Translations under genes and position numbers: made by a program
The notes under the pieces: model-generated
What the model was told of the DNA's origin: nothing
Databases searched by the model: none
The model's input: the letters and a program-made list of their open reading frames with translations, nothing else
Part shown: in pieces, positions 1 through 15,300 of the stretch
Position numbering within the stretch: the stretch's first letter is position 1
Layout of the letters: each line of letters starts with the position of its first letter
Source of the DNA: Styela clava
Taxonomy: Eukaryota
Reading direction: 5' to 3'
Assembly: GCF_964204865.1 (NCBI RefSeq)
Contig: NC_135257.1
Coordinates: 15,872,001 to 15,936,000 of the forward strand
Length of the DNA stretch: 64,000 nt

Positions 1-373
1 TGATAAATGAAATTAATATATTACTGAATGCTGTAGCAAGAATAAAGACGACTATTCTTTGTGATTCAAAATTCTTGCTGAACACTAACACAAATGTATT
101 TCTGTAACGTTTCATCTGATCAGACGAATTGTGCTCATGTGCAGCGATACTCTCGAATCACAAAATATATAACGAAATTTTTGAAAGCAACTTCCTTACT
201 GTTTATTTATAATACTCGCGTAACATACAAAATAATGAAATTGATTTCAGTTCACCAATTCCTACACACCTTTCTTGTAAGTATTTCGCAATTTTTTCCG
301 TTTTTCCCCGTCAATTACGTTTATTTTAGCGACAGAATGTTGAGTAAAATTTATGAAATTATTTTTGTTTTAG

Positions 374-3300
374 TTGGAACTATTTTTGTTGCTGAAGCAT
401 TTGACCCAGACAGTGGTGAAAATGGAAGAATACGATACAGCATGGATGGGAATTCATTCTTTAAAATTGATCAGAATACTGGACAAATTGAAGCAACAAA
501 TTCATTAACGTCCTCTCACACACTAAAGGTAAAAAATACGTCGTCTATCGACCACGCGAATCATACAAAGATGCCGGGACGCAAAAGTGACGCTAAGGAC
601 TTCCCCTCATAATTTTTTTTAGCAACTTTTAATAACAATATGAAGGCAAAATATATGAATAAAACTTGTTTTACTGTATTGTTGACTATCAAGCAGCAGA
701 AAGTTCAAGTTGATATAATCATTATCTAAAACATACGTGCTCTCGTGCGTTTACACCCAATTTGTCTTCCGTCAGAGAAGTTGATACATTAAACATTTTC
801 CCGATAATGCCTAATCATTTGTTTCCTGATTTTTTTTGTTTCCTGGTCTTAGTTGTCACCTCTTTTTATCTTGCCAACTCCTTTAATACGTGCACACGTA
901 CAAACGGTTACTCCAAAATGTCGTATGCCACTTGCCCCACTTTTTTCCAAACATGTCCCTTTTTTAGCACACTTGTCTTATTTCTCTGTACGTATTCTAC
1001 TTGTCCCACATGTCCCACACACACGCCAACCTGTTTTTGAGTTAGCGTAGGTATATATTGTGGGGGAATGGCTGAAGTAAGCATGTGGAGCGGAACTCAT
1101 GCTATGTTCTGGGTTAGCTCAGTCCACCATTTAAATTTTGTTTCCTACTTTTCTCTAACTGCACAATAAAATTCCATAGATATATGCCTTCGATCATGGA
1201 TCGCCATCAAAATCTACCACAATGGACGTCTTAGTTTATCTTACGAATAAGAGTCCACCAACAATAACTCACGACGTTAACAATCCAGTAAGATTATTTG
1301 AAACGACGCCTCCAAATAGATTTATCGGAAACTTTGACGCATCGTCAACACGAAGCGATGCAGGAAATCTGAAATTCTATTTGAAAGGTAATAATACAGA
1401 GATACGCAACGTTATGCCATATGACACTGATGTGAAGTTATTCTATCTCCATTATTATATCGTTTTGCTAGAGAGTTTTAGTTGTAATTTTTTATATGAA
1501 TTGAATATTTACCTTTCGCTAGGAACAAGCCTCTGTACGGAAATAGCTAATTGAATATATTCGAAAGTACTGGAACTTTTTGGGGATTCCGCATTGCTTG
1601 TACTATTCGTTAGACCTTGGTGGGCATATGATTTGAGACCGTGATTTCACAATATTCAGATTTCGTTTTTAATTTGTCAAATATACCGAGCTTCATTTGT
1701 TCTCCAATTGTTTGCTTCTTAACCAGTTATGCATTACTATGAATATGACTGGCGTCAGGTACTCGCTATTCCTAGTTTATTTCAATGGAGTTAATCCAAA
1801 AACGTTAATTTTTGATCTTGTTAAAAGTAAAGAAATACATTTATTTTTGTATGTTGCAGGAGACAGATTTGATTGGTTTTCCATTGATCAAACGACGGGA
1901 AATCTAAAAACAATCGGTCAAATTGATCATGAAATCTCATCAACTTTGACAATGTGGATTGAAGTAAAAGATTCTGGTTCGCCACAGCTGTCAAGCTATG
2001 TAAAAATAATCATTGAGGTAAGGTTGTAACAATATATCTAGAACAATATTTTACTAACATGTTTATCATTATTAAAGATTGATTACATTCAACGCGATGG
2101 CTTTAACCAAAAATTGATTTAAACTGGAAAATAATGTTCTGGTAAAATAGGGAAAACGTTAATTTCTAATGTTAAAATTTTACAACTTTTTAATTTGATA
2201 ATTATTGCTTCAATTTAATATTGGATACCACAAATGCATTAATTTTGTAGATATTGAAAAATCCTAAGAAGAATCAAAATTATTTTAAATATTCAAAAGT
2301 TATTAAATATTTTGAATTCTAATATTTCCCTTTTTACATTACTATGGCTTTATTTATTGATAACTTGAACACACTGTATATTTTAAACTAGATTGAGGAT
2401 GTGAATGACAATCCGCCAACCTTCGATCAAGATTCTTACATAGGTCATGTTAGAGAAGACCAGACACGGAAAATATTATCTTTATCTGCCACTGATCCTG
2501 ATAACGGTTTGATATTTATATTTCATTTTTAATTTCTCGGATTCACTGGGATTCGAACCCAAAATTTTTGAAAACTTATTTTTATGTTCAGGTGAGAATG
2601 GCAAGGTTTCATATTCAATAGTGAACGACCAAAGCGAAAGTCCAGAAAAATTTAAAGTTGCGTTCTCTAGTGGTGTTTTGAGAAATAAAGTCAAGTTGGA
2701 CCGGGAAATAAAATCGAGGTATTGTGCCTATAGTTATAAAAGTAATATTCATGTAGATTGCTCAAAGCATGATCATAAGCATTTTACAATAGTTGAAAAC
2801 TGTAAGTACTGTATGAAAAGCAAAAATTCAAAATGTTCAAAAAAGCAGTTGCACATACAGATCTTCTTTGACTAGCGCATAAGATAAGCGCAGTAGAATG
2901 ATTTTTTTTGAATGCAAACTTGACCTTACTATATTTTTAATGTCATGGCGCACTCAGGGTTATAACAATTTACTTTACATGAAAAATTATGTCAAATTTT
3001 CGATTTTTTTAAATTCTAATATTTGGAGATAATTGTTATTTTATTAAATCATATCATTGATGTTATTCTATTTTATAATCATTCATATTCATTTAGCTAT
3101 AAATTGGTTATTCGTGCAACTGACGGGGGATTTATACCTTTACATCGTGATATTGTTGTGTATATTATTGTCGATGATGTGAATGATAATCCACCAAAGT
3201 TCACAAGATTGTTCAGCGCTTCTATAATGGAGGATGCAAAAATTGGAGATTATGTGTTACAGGTTAGCTTTAAAACAATATAAATGTGCAGTAGGCGGAA

Positions 3301-6300
3301 ATGTAGATATGTACCGATATCATTCTTCGGGAAGTCGGCGTGAACTCCGAGTTGCAAATTATTGGATGCGACTCCAGACTCCGGGTAGTAAAAATATAGA
3401 TTCCTACTTTCATTCCAGCTCCGGAATGCGAGAAAATCAAATTTTGATTATAAAAACTTTGTCGTAAGCCTTTGTCCGGAAAAATTGAAAATACGACTCC
3501 GGTTACTAATTAGTTGAAAACGTGCCAAACTCCGACTCCACTTTCCTTGTTGCCAACAATTGATATTTGCAATTTTCATTGATTTCTCCAAGATCTTTCA
3601 ATTCAGTTCTGGAATGAATGACTCGTGAGGCCAATTTCATTTTATATTTCATGTTTGGTAAATTTATACAATCTAAACCAGGGGAATCCCACGGGCCACA
3701 ACCGCGCCCGTTAAGTTATTTAGTGTGGCCCTTGTTAACACGAAAATTCTCCACCCCGAGCATAAAATCCGAATCCGACAGTTTATGTATAAAAAGCCAC
3801 TTACGTAGGTAAAAATACATAATACTCTTTGCTCTTGTCGCTGTGTTGAATGTTTCGTTGTTTTGTCCGATGTCTTTATTACTGCGAGGCTAAGCAATAG
3901 CCGCATTCTCTTCTCTCGCCTTCCCCACATGGGTAAACTAAATATTTTGTGTGTCCCGGCTAGATGTCTGAAGTTGGTTATAAGGCCCACAAACAAAAAG
4001 TGTTGCACCTTGCTGATCTGATACCGATAAGCGCCTGCGATATACGGTTATATCTTATATTTCTGGACCAACACGGCTAGATAGCTCATCATATGTTCCA
4101 ATACTATAAATAAACAAATATTTTTCCCATATCCTAATAGGTTACTTCGACGGATGCCGACTTTATTTCCAATCATACGTACAGTCTTGTTGATAATTCT
4201 GATGGATACTTTAATATCGATAAAAACGGAATTGTGACTTTAGCAAAGAGACTCGACAGAGAAAATGCCGAAACGTAAGTTATCAGTAAATGCTATGTTT
4301 CATCATATTTCCAACGAATATGTCAATTTTACGAAAAACTTGGTAAAACAGTCACATATTGAGATTTTCGTTGTTCTCCAGGCACACACTAGAAGTAGAA
4401 TCTACAGATGACATGTGGACAACACATACTACTGTCACTGTGAGAGTGGAAGACGTAAATGACAATCCACCGATGTAAGTTTCTCCATTAAATTAAAAGA
4501 AATAACCAAAAAATAAACACAGTCGATTAACTTTGTATCTTTAGAGCATCTTTGCTCGCGGCCCTCAGAGCTACGTGCTCGAATTTACATCTTATTAATG
4601 TAATATTAGAAACTTTAGTGTCGCTGCTTGATAACCAACTTGGATTCTTTGCGGCTTTCCTTCGCCAGTGTACTCGTGTATTCACGTAATTTTGTATGCG
4701 ATAGTTTTCACTAGCTTTAAAAACTATTGATTATTTTCGCCTGAATTACCTTTACACAGTTTGTCTGCATTATGCTCACTAGATTTTTTACTTGGCATTT
4801 CTTGCTGATTTTAGAACTACTGCTTGCGTTGCTACACCTAATAATTATATTATTCTGGAGAATAAACAATTTTAAAATAATATAATAGACAACAAATAGC
4901 GGCGCGGTCTCTAGCGCGTTTTAACACTAAGTTAATAAATGTGACACTATTTGTGATTATTATATACCTATGATAAGGATAATTATTCAACTCCTATTAT
5001 GGCAATTTTTTAGGTTTCATTCTTCAAAGTATTCCGCATCGGTTGCTGTGAACACTAATATTGGAGCAATGGTGTTGAAAATAAATTCAAGTGATCCCGA
5101 CGAAGGCAGAAACGGAAAGGTAAAAAAATTGTCCAAACGTGTTGCATCAAAATTTAATTCTGTAACGTCTAAAATTTCTCAGTCAAGCAAGGTCAAAGTA
5201 AGGAACGTTGACGTGGTTTAATAAATGTACAGAAATTACAGAAAGCGAGATTGTTCAAAATCGAATTTCTTAAAATAATTAACAAAGATTTTCAGAACCT
5301 GCCGATAATCCTTTGAAAATAAAATACTTATCCAGTGTTGTTTTTCTATTATTGTTGTATTTCATGATTTGCAGATAAGTTACAGAATATCCGGAGGAAA
5401 CAGGTACTTTGACATCAATGAGGTTGGCGAAATTGTGACTTTGAGAGAACTAACTTGCAAATCGGGATTCACTTTCGGTAAAAAAATTCTTTTACAATTA
5501 AATTTAAATTAAAAAATATTGTGATATTTTTTACACTACAGCTCCAAACAAGGCTCAAGGCAAGTACTTATCCATATTCATCACATCCTGGATGGGCATG
5601 TAACTCGAATCCGAGATGCTGGTACCAACCCATACAAATTCCTAATGGAGTGATTCTACTAGAATCTACTAGAATGTCTACTAGACACGACACATAATTT
5701 ATGGATGTGAGGAGGGCAAGTTGCTAATAATTCAATATTTCGAACAATCTAGATTGTCCAGTGGAACACTCGTTCAATGTACTTGCTTGTGATAGTGGAT
5801 CGCCGAATTCTTTATGCAGTTCATGTTCCGTCAAAATAGGCGTAAAATCTGTGAATCTTCACTCGCCAGTATTCATTGAAAACAACATTAGGATTGCTGT
5901 TCTACAATCTGCTGAAGTTGGAACTAAGGTACGACAATTTACTTACTAGTATTTTATTTCGAACTACACATGTATTGCATATGTGAATATCAGCTTTGTA
6001 TTCCAAATATCTTCATCTCATATTTAAGCCTTTTTTCCACATTCCGTTGTTTTGTAAAAGTTCTCTTCTAGCTTGTTCTAGCTTGAGAAATTTATTTTGT
6101 CAAAGACAAGAACTAAGATTGATACAGTTTGCTATCTCATATTAAAAAAATATTTTCGAAGGTTTATACTGTTACTGCAACTGACGAAGACGTTGGAACG
6201 AAACTACAATATGAAATATCGAGTCGAAACACCGCTCCTTATTTCACTTTTGGGAATGGTGGTGATATTATTTTGAAGCAAAATGTTTCCAATTTTTCTC

Positions 6301-9300
6301 TTGGACAAACTTTGCCTATCGTTGTAAAAGTATCGGATGACGGAGTGCCACCCAGGTCTTCTAATATGAATATCGTCGTTGAAGTTACTGGTGCGAATAT
6401 GCACAGGTAATGGGATGTTAACAGTTTATATTGCTTATGCTTTTTTAACTGGGGTTCCGTGTGTTTTAGGAGGTCGCTAGGAATCGATGACAGTTTCTCT
6501 TTGAGTGGACTGTGTCGATTATGTCTCAATATCCCTATTTGTACAAAAAAAAGTATTTTCTGCTTTGAACACTGAGAAATAAAAACAGTAGTCGCCGCTC
6601 AAGTATGGCTCAAAAATTTCATTGCGCAACAGATTTTATGAGTCCTGAAACATAATCACTTTTATTTGATATAAAGTCGACATATGGATCCTCAGTACTT
6701 AAAGAGGTTTGATTTTATGTGAAATAAATGCATTAGCAAAAGGGTTGTTGTACTTCTTGTATTTTATCTTCTATCCTAACTTTTCATTGTTATTGTTGGA
6801 TTACATAACACAGAAGTGTTTTGACTTTCTTACTTTTATGGGTGTTTTAAAATAATTGTTAATAGGAGTTATATCAGGGGTTCTATATAGATAAAAAGCA
6901 TTAATGTAGCTAAAAATGACTCATTTTACTAAATCACTTACCGTATTGACTTTGTAAGTACATGCATCTAAAAATATAACTGATTAACTTCTTCCATTCC
7001 CGACATCTTGGAATTTGTTTCTTACATAATTAATAACTATCAAACCTAGAAGCCATTTATATATGTATATATATGTAATATCTAATAGAAGTCAAAAAAT
7101 TTTCAGCATAGAAAAAACTTAAATCTGTAACGCACTTAAAAATATTTTCAGTCCAACATTTAAACGATCTTCTTATGAATCAAATCCAATACCAGAGAAT
7201 TCGACTCGTGGAATCAGAATAATAGAAATTGATGCATATGATGATGATATTGGAATAAATGGGAAGGTATGCTGCAAAAATATTAAGAAGTTAAAACCAC
7301 ACAGTCCAGTATATACTAACAGACGAATACACTGGGCAAATCGTCACCAACATGGTTTGATTAAAAGTGTAATGAAACAGGGCTAGGCAACTGTGGGCAC
7401 GGCTACCTAGTGATTTGATTGTAAGACTTAACTATGATAGTTAAAATCTGAAAGATATTTGGTTAGGCTTACCATCTTACTCAGGGGTTTAAAGAACAAT
7501 GCCGAGCCGAGGAAACTCCTGTTCGTCCTAAGCAAGAGGCATAAAAATCCGTCGTATACGAAAATTGTTCACAGCGAACCCCAAGTATGTCCAGTCTAAC
7601 TAACCTACATTGAATACCGAACGTCTGCACTATATTTTTCATCAACTTAACCCAACAACTAAAAAAGGCACTACGGATTCCGACATCACAGTGTGTGTTC
7701 CTTCTGTTATAGGTGAGATATGAGATTATAGAAGGGAACATTCAATCTGCATTCATCATTGGCAAAGAATCTGGAATCATCGTTCTCGACGGAACATTGG
7801 ACTATGAGACTACACCTATATATAATATTGTGATAAAAGGTATTTTAGAGTGAACCATTATAGTATATATAAAATTATGAATCATACGATACCATCGTGT
7901 GTCCATGAGCAATATAATTCACTCAGTAGTAGTATGATACAAAAATGGAACATGCCAGCAAGCGATAAAGCATGTAAAACTACTTGATTGAGTGCCCAAT
8001 TCAATAAATTCAATTAAATTCAAACTATATATCAGTTTAAAACACTCGAGTGTAGTCGAGTCACGGGCAATGCGAATCCAAAGTGACAGTTAATAACTGA
8101 GCCAAGTATCACAGCCGGTTAGTTTAAATGACTCAACTTACTTTGACGTACTCTTATAAATGGTAACTCAAGTCCAACTAAGGTCGAGTCAATGAACGCC
8201 ATTTGTACGAATATATTATTCACAATTTTAGTGTTCATTTTTGTTTTTGTATACTAGCAACCGACTACGCTGTGAACAGCAGATCCACAACAGTAAAGGT
8301 CAAAATTCCTGTGGGAGATGTCAATGACAATGCACCATATTTCAATGAATCTTATTTTGAGATTCGTGTGATCGAATCAACGCCGACAGGAAAGATTATA
8401 TCCAGGTAATTTTAATATCTTATAAGTTGAAACAACACTTGAAACGCACAAAAAATTTTCTGTGAAAAATATTCCATCGGAACAAAATTTTATTTACAGT
8501 ATAGCATTCATTATTTTGTTTCAGACTTACAGCTGAAGACAAGGATAGTGATGAGAATGCTTTGATCAAATATTACGTTGATAATTTTAATACGATCGGA
8601 ATACAATCATCAACTGGTGACATATACCTAACACAAATGGTAGATTTTGAGACCAAATCGACGTATACCTTGAATGTTAGTATATTTTTCTTGGATGACA
8701 TAAATCGTAATTGTATTGTTGATTAAATCCGAACTATTTTAATTTTAATAATAAACTGCCAAGACTAAGAAAGTAAAAAGTTCATTTCGAAATTTCGACT
8801 AAAACTTATGGCCACACACTTTCATATAAAAAAAATTTTCGAAGATGGCTGGCATTACCTGTAAAATTCTTATGAGATTCTATTGCTAATTTTTTTAAAC
8901 ATTTTAAACGTATTTTTGTCACAAAAATATAAATATTTCAGTAAAAAATGATCTATATGACTTACATGCATTGTCGCGTTTTTGTAATTCTAAATATACT
9001 TACCATATTTTCAAGGTCATGGCTGAAAATGAAAAAGGAAACGGAAAAGCAGAATCAGAATTGTCAGTTGTAGTGTTAGGCAGTAATGAATTTCCTCCAG
9101 AGTTTCTTCAGAATACTTATGAGTTCAATATTCCACACTCGGTTGGAAGAGGTATTACATTCGATATTTATTGTTTACAATGCAATGCAGTGACTCAAAA
9201 ATCATCGGTTGGGATTTGAAAAACACAGATAGTAGTTTTATTATTAGTGTTTTCTTTGCTGAATAATAATGATACTATAGCACAAATATATGTTTGTACA

Positions 9301-12300
9301 GTTTCATATGAATGAAGTCAGTCCTACTTACACAAGTATAATTTACTATAAAAAAGCTTTATCATGCACACATGAAAATAACATGTATATCGAAATGACA
9401 TAACATACATAATAACTGAAATAACTTTGTGAAATGAGACAAAGTTGTTGGACACGCAGAATCAGGACAAACATAGTTAGTTTATAGATTTTTATTATTG
9501 CGAACGAATATTTATTATCACTTATACTTACTGAATTTTTTTCAAATCTAGGTACAGTCGTTGGATTTGTGAATGCAACAGACGATGATTCAGGAACTGA
9601 TGGTTTTATTGAATATATACTAGAACCAGTCGATAATGACAATTTCAGCATGGACAAAACATCTGGTGAGTTTTTTTGTTTTTGCTAGTTTCTATTTTCA
9701 CTCGAATACCACAAGCTTAAATTAAATTCTAATATAACAAATTGTGTAGTACATCTACTCTTTATTATTTCCTTTCAACTGTTATTTCGGTGGGCGGTCG
9801 CCTCTTTCAGTACCGCTTTAATCCGACCGTGATAAACGTCGTTACACATATAAATGATTTATTCCAACTATATATCGACGAAAACAAACTAAACAATTAT
9901 AGTTTAGTTTAATTATCGAAAAAATACCAAGCAGTGCTTAAATATATGAGAACGAGAGGTCGCGCACTGATGACGGTAAAGACTCATCTGGAAAGTTTGC
10001 TGAAAATATCGACAACGTCGCGAATAAGATGTTATTGTACGACCTAAAGTGTTCGTATGACATAAAACAGCACCAATTAGAGTGAAATATTGGGTCCCAT
10101 ACTGGGAAAAGATTTGAGGAATATAAATGTCATAGCCTTCTATCGCGGCTTCAAACCTCTTCAAGTACTGATGATCCATATGTAGACTTCATATTAAATA
10201 AAAGTGTTAATGTTTCAGGACTCATTACGGTCGTTGACAGTTCTCTTTACTCAATCGGTGACGTCATACTCTTCACCATAATTGCTAAAAATCCGACATC
10301 ATCATCTGAAGTTTGTTTGTACGACACTGCACAGTTACGAATCAACATCATTTCAAACGAATGTCATCTAACGTTATGTGAGAATGGAGCTACGTGTGTC
10401 GATGGCTTGACTGAGGCCATTTGCTATTGTCTACCCGGTAAGTAATAGATTCACACGTTTTCGAACCTTTTTCGGTAAATTCTTCCCTTCGCTTATCTTG
10501 GAACTCTTTATTCCTCTCTCATTATTCATATAAACTACCTCATTTATTCAATCTTCAATGAATCATTAACTAGTTTTATGCCTTATGCGCAAGTCGTACT
10601 TCCGCTTTTTTATAGTACAAGTATTTTATAATGTGTTCATAAATAGGTATTATAGTGATAATAAAGAACTAAAGAAAATTAGTACAACTACCGCAAATAC
10701 GAATCAAAATGTCTCCCTAATAATGTAAAAATTCATCCTCGGTTGGGAAACATAAAAGCAATTACGTGAGGTGGCACCCGATCATTTTACATACTGCAAT
10801 TCGAATCAAGACTTAAAATTTCAATATCTGATTATTTTTAAGAATTGTACAGCTAGAAAATATTACAAGTGAGGGGTTTTAAATTGGTATTTACTTCGCT
10901 TTAGGATTCACAGGCGAACTTTGTGAAACGAACATCGACGATTGTGTCGGCCAGCCATGTAAACAGGGAACGTGTGAAGACCAAGTGAACACTTATCAAT
11001 GTTCTTGTGATGAAGGATATACAGGATATAATTGTGACGTCATAATCAATCATTGTGAAAACCAACCATGCGAAAATGGCGGAACATGCTTAAGTAGGTT
11101 TAATCATTTTTGGAATATGATTCCGTACGTAAATCTGGTATAAAGTCTAAGTAAGATCTCCCATGTGCTGATTTGTTCTATGTTATATCTTAAGAGGATA
11201 TTGTTTCGCCCCGAACGTGGCCATACACAAGTAACTACTGATCATACGACCACCACCGCACCTCTGGTTACCAGGCGTGGGTTCACGGGTTCGAATCTCA
11301 TGTGGGATAATTATGTACAAGACGATTGCTGGACTCCTCGCCACCGTAGGGTGGGTGATTCACGTAATGGCCGGTCGATTTAAGGCTTCCACATCAAGAA
11401 GTCCATGCTTCATCTTTTTATTAGTAGGAACCGGAATCTTTGTGGTGTGGTGTTTGAAACCGAAATGTGTAATATGGGTCAACACAATTAATTTACAGAG
11501 TGTATACTACAATGCAATAAAAATTGGGATACCCGATTATTCCTAGGTAATATAATCGAATCAGAATAGCTTTCATAAGCCTATATTTTATTTCGTATCA
11601 CAGACACACCAACCTCGTTCAAATGCAATTGTCTTTTTGGTGCAAGTGGATTGACATGCAATATACAAAGTATCAACTTTCCTGCGCAATCGTACATTAT
11701 TGTAGACGGATTTGATGAAGAAATTTATTTCGAGTTTTCGACTGGTAAGATATGTAGATGACTTTATATATATATGATTAGGACGACGTGTTATGGGTTA
11801 GTTTATCCAAAGCGCTTTTTATTTCAAACGAGTTATTGGAAGATTCGAAAGGAAAAAATCTGGAAAAATTTACCAGAATTTAATGGTAATTTGGTAGATT
11901 GTTTCTGTAAACAAATAATTTTAAACGTTACGTGTTTTAATGATTTTATGCATATTTACACTTTCAATTTTAATTTTGTGACTAATTCTTAATTTTTGCT
12001 CTTAAATGCAGTTTCATCATCAGCACTTTTATTGTATTCATCTCTCAATTCTGAATCCTATATTACTTTGGAGATTATTGAGAAGAAGATTGTGATGAAA
12101 ATAAAAACATCCATAGAAAGGTAAGAAAGAGTATTTCAAGACCTATTTGATGATATATATATATATAAAAAAAAATGGAAAGAAGAAGTGAATTCAGATA
12201 ATAGAGACATTTACCAAAATCAAGAAATAACTGTATAAAAAACGTGTTAATGAAATTGTGGTCTTTCTAAAATGTCGTGTATCACTCGACCCCATTTTTT

Positions 12301-15300
12301 AGCCCATTTTTTTACTACCCATTTGTAGTACTTCATGATACGTTTAGCATTAGAAACAAACAAAGAAATATATTAAAACACACAGTGACCTGGTACAAGT
12401 TACTTTGGAAAAAGTGGTGAACGATGGTGGATGGCACAATATACAGATCAATTTTGGAAGTTCAAGCTCTGGCACATTGTTGTTGGACGATTGTTCTTCT
12501 GATGAAACTAATTTATGTTTTGGAACATTTAACATGAATCAAGATGTCGATTTTACGTCGAGTCCAATAACCATCGGTGGGATTCAAGACATAGCGGATT
12601 TGAATAGTGGAAAGGTATTCCAGATTTTTTATTTTTTACATTCCTATACATGATTTATGGCTATAAAATGCAACCAAAAAGCGGTGTCGTGGAGGGAAAG
12701 AATTCAGATCTGCGTATATCACATTGATCTACTGAATTTTCAAGGCAGGCATTTTTTACGCCCAATTTACGGCGTAATTACCGGATTGAATGGGTCATAA
12801 TGCGCATCCGGTTATAAAAGGTGCATTTTCAATAAAATGTTTACATAGAATTTTTATTCACACATAATGTGCACTAGTCTATGAAACGCGACGGTTTTTA
12901 AAGCAATACCGGTACTGGTTTTGAGTGTATACAATAGCCACTACCTGATCCATACATCAGGCGAACTGGCTTATAAGGCACACGGTCAATATTTTTGATC
13001 CCAGTCTGTCTGTAGCCGGACGACTTTCTGAATTGTCTAGAGTCGCGAATCGGAATAGCACACTTTCAATGACAATAAAACGAGTCAAAACTTCCTATTA
13101 AAACTTAACTTAGCTTTCATAACAATCTTTTGAAGAAGGTTTCCTTCGTCAAAGTTTTCCTTATCAAAATTCATTTTACTCAGAGTTCGGAGCTGCAGTC
13201 GAAGTCTCCCGGAGGCGGAGTCAAAAATTTTCTTAACACGTGACAGCAGTCAACATTTCATGCCTTCACCAAACCGTAGTCGTAGTCGACTGTAAATTTT
13301 CCCCGATCCGAAAGCCCTGATCTGCATTGATCTCTATTATTATAATAATAGCTGGTATTATTTTCAGCTGTCATCTCACGACTATGTTGGTTGTCTGCGT
13401 TCCCTGAGTATCGATTCAAACAACATTTCATCTGCTTCTTCCGATTTAATCCGTAAGAAGCATTTAATTTCAAACGGTTGTGACAAAACCACTTCTACGG
13501 GAGCATGTGGCGCCAACGTATGCGGTAATGGCACCTGTACAGACTTATGGTTGAATGCTCAATGCGATTGTGATGATAGATATATGGGCGCTAACTGCGA
13601 ATCAAAAAAGGTGAGCAGTTGTGCTATTTTTATTGCTTTTAGAGTTTGAAATGCGATGGATTACATTCTGTTTCGTGATACTGGATTAGCTGCAAATTTT
13701 CGCTTATGACGACGAATATTCACACCGTTCGCTTTGAACATGGGCCTCTAAAAGCTTCCACTAATATACGCCGATCAAAGTTTTATTTATTTTTTTTCAG
13801 ATATATTTCTCGTTAAAAATTTATGATTGCTTTCATGTTCTGTCTCTTCTGTTTTATCGTTCCAACAAGCAGCAGTCAAATGTACTTTGTGTTATGCACT
13901 TAACAAATCTTGTTGAGCAATGGTCTTGTGTCTAAAAAGCATTTATCTGAACCATGTTAGTATCACAGGCAAAAAATCTCGAGAGTTAAACTCGACACCT
14001 TACACAGGATGTAATAAATTAGAATCCGGCCCTTTCAATTATAGTAGCCCCTTACGTATCAGTGGATTCTTGTAAAGAGCTTCGTTTAGATAAAATGCAT
14101 GAAAACGTAATAGGGAAAAGAAACGTCGAGTCTTATTTCCAGTGTTCACTCTAAATTTTGCTTCAAGTTAATTTTTATACTAAACAAGATCATGCTATTT
14201 ATCATTTAATCATAGGTTTACTTCTCTGATGAATATATCAATACATCGTTATACAATGTCTATAATCTTGTTGAAACTTTTTCTAAAGCTATAACAAAAA
14301 TCTACTTTTTTTTTAATTTTGAATTTTAATTTAATGCTAATTTATTCTGTTCATTCCCCCTCGCTATGCAAAAAAATGTTTCCTTTGTTGTTTGATTTAT
14401 ATAATATATTGGATCAGTGGTTAATGATTTGCGCAACTTGTACTTTGGCTGTTATGCGGTTTGAATACTTATATAATAATATAATAATTGAATACTTATA
14501 ATTCGTGCATATCGCCGCAGTGAAAACAAAGTAGCTCATGATACATTTTCTAGAATTAGACTTATTTGATCTTCTGTCATATTGAGTCAACTGTTTTTCG
14601 TGTTTCAAAGTTGTACTAGTTTTAATTTAAAAGCCTGAGAGGTTTCACAGACTATGTAATAGTCCCCAAAGGTCGTATCGTTGCCTCCCAGATTCCCCAC
14701 CGGCTGGAAAACTCTAGATTAGAAAATTATCAATAAAATCTTACTCAAATCTATAGTAATGTGCATCTGTGTTATATCTATTCCAGGTCGGACAGACGTT
14801 TACTGGCAAGGGTTTTGCTGAAATTAAATTCACGGAATCATTTGTACGAGATTCAATGTTACAAGAGGTTACATCGTCTGCTGGTAACCGAAGGAGACGC
14901 CGTAATGTCGGTAGCTCTTCAACATTCGAAATCCAGTTTCGAACTTTAGAAAAAGAATCACTAATTGCGGTTTTTGTGGATAAAACTGGAGAAAACTACG
15001 CTGCTTTAATGGTAAGATCCAAGTTAATTTTGAATTTATGTTTGATAGTTTTGTAGCATAGAAAATAAAGAGTTTCCAAATTTCATAAGATGTTTTTTCA
15101 AGAACAAAAATGGAACAGCAAAATTTTTGGTCAAATGTAGCACCGACAGAAAATTCGATAAAAATATTTCACCACAAAATGCGGTTACCATGGTTACCCC
15201 GCCTGTCGTGGTAGAGTCGTTCTTTTCCATCAACAAGGGTGACACCAAGATATCGGGTTGCTTAAATGTATTTCAATTTTCAAAGTCCGGCTTTTGTTAT

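Noticed and set aside
762-1050. Cys/Thr/Pro-rich ORFs (TCPTCPT)
   Set aside because: They arise from a degenerate (A/T)TGTCCC repeat inside a Fat4 intron, with no compatible splice sites.
4540-4930. Possible Helitron-like 3' hairpin (GCGCGGTCTCTAGCGC...CTAAG)
   Set aside because: No CTRR|T terminus or second copy to support it.
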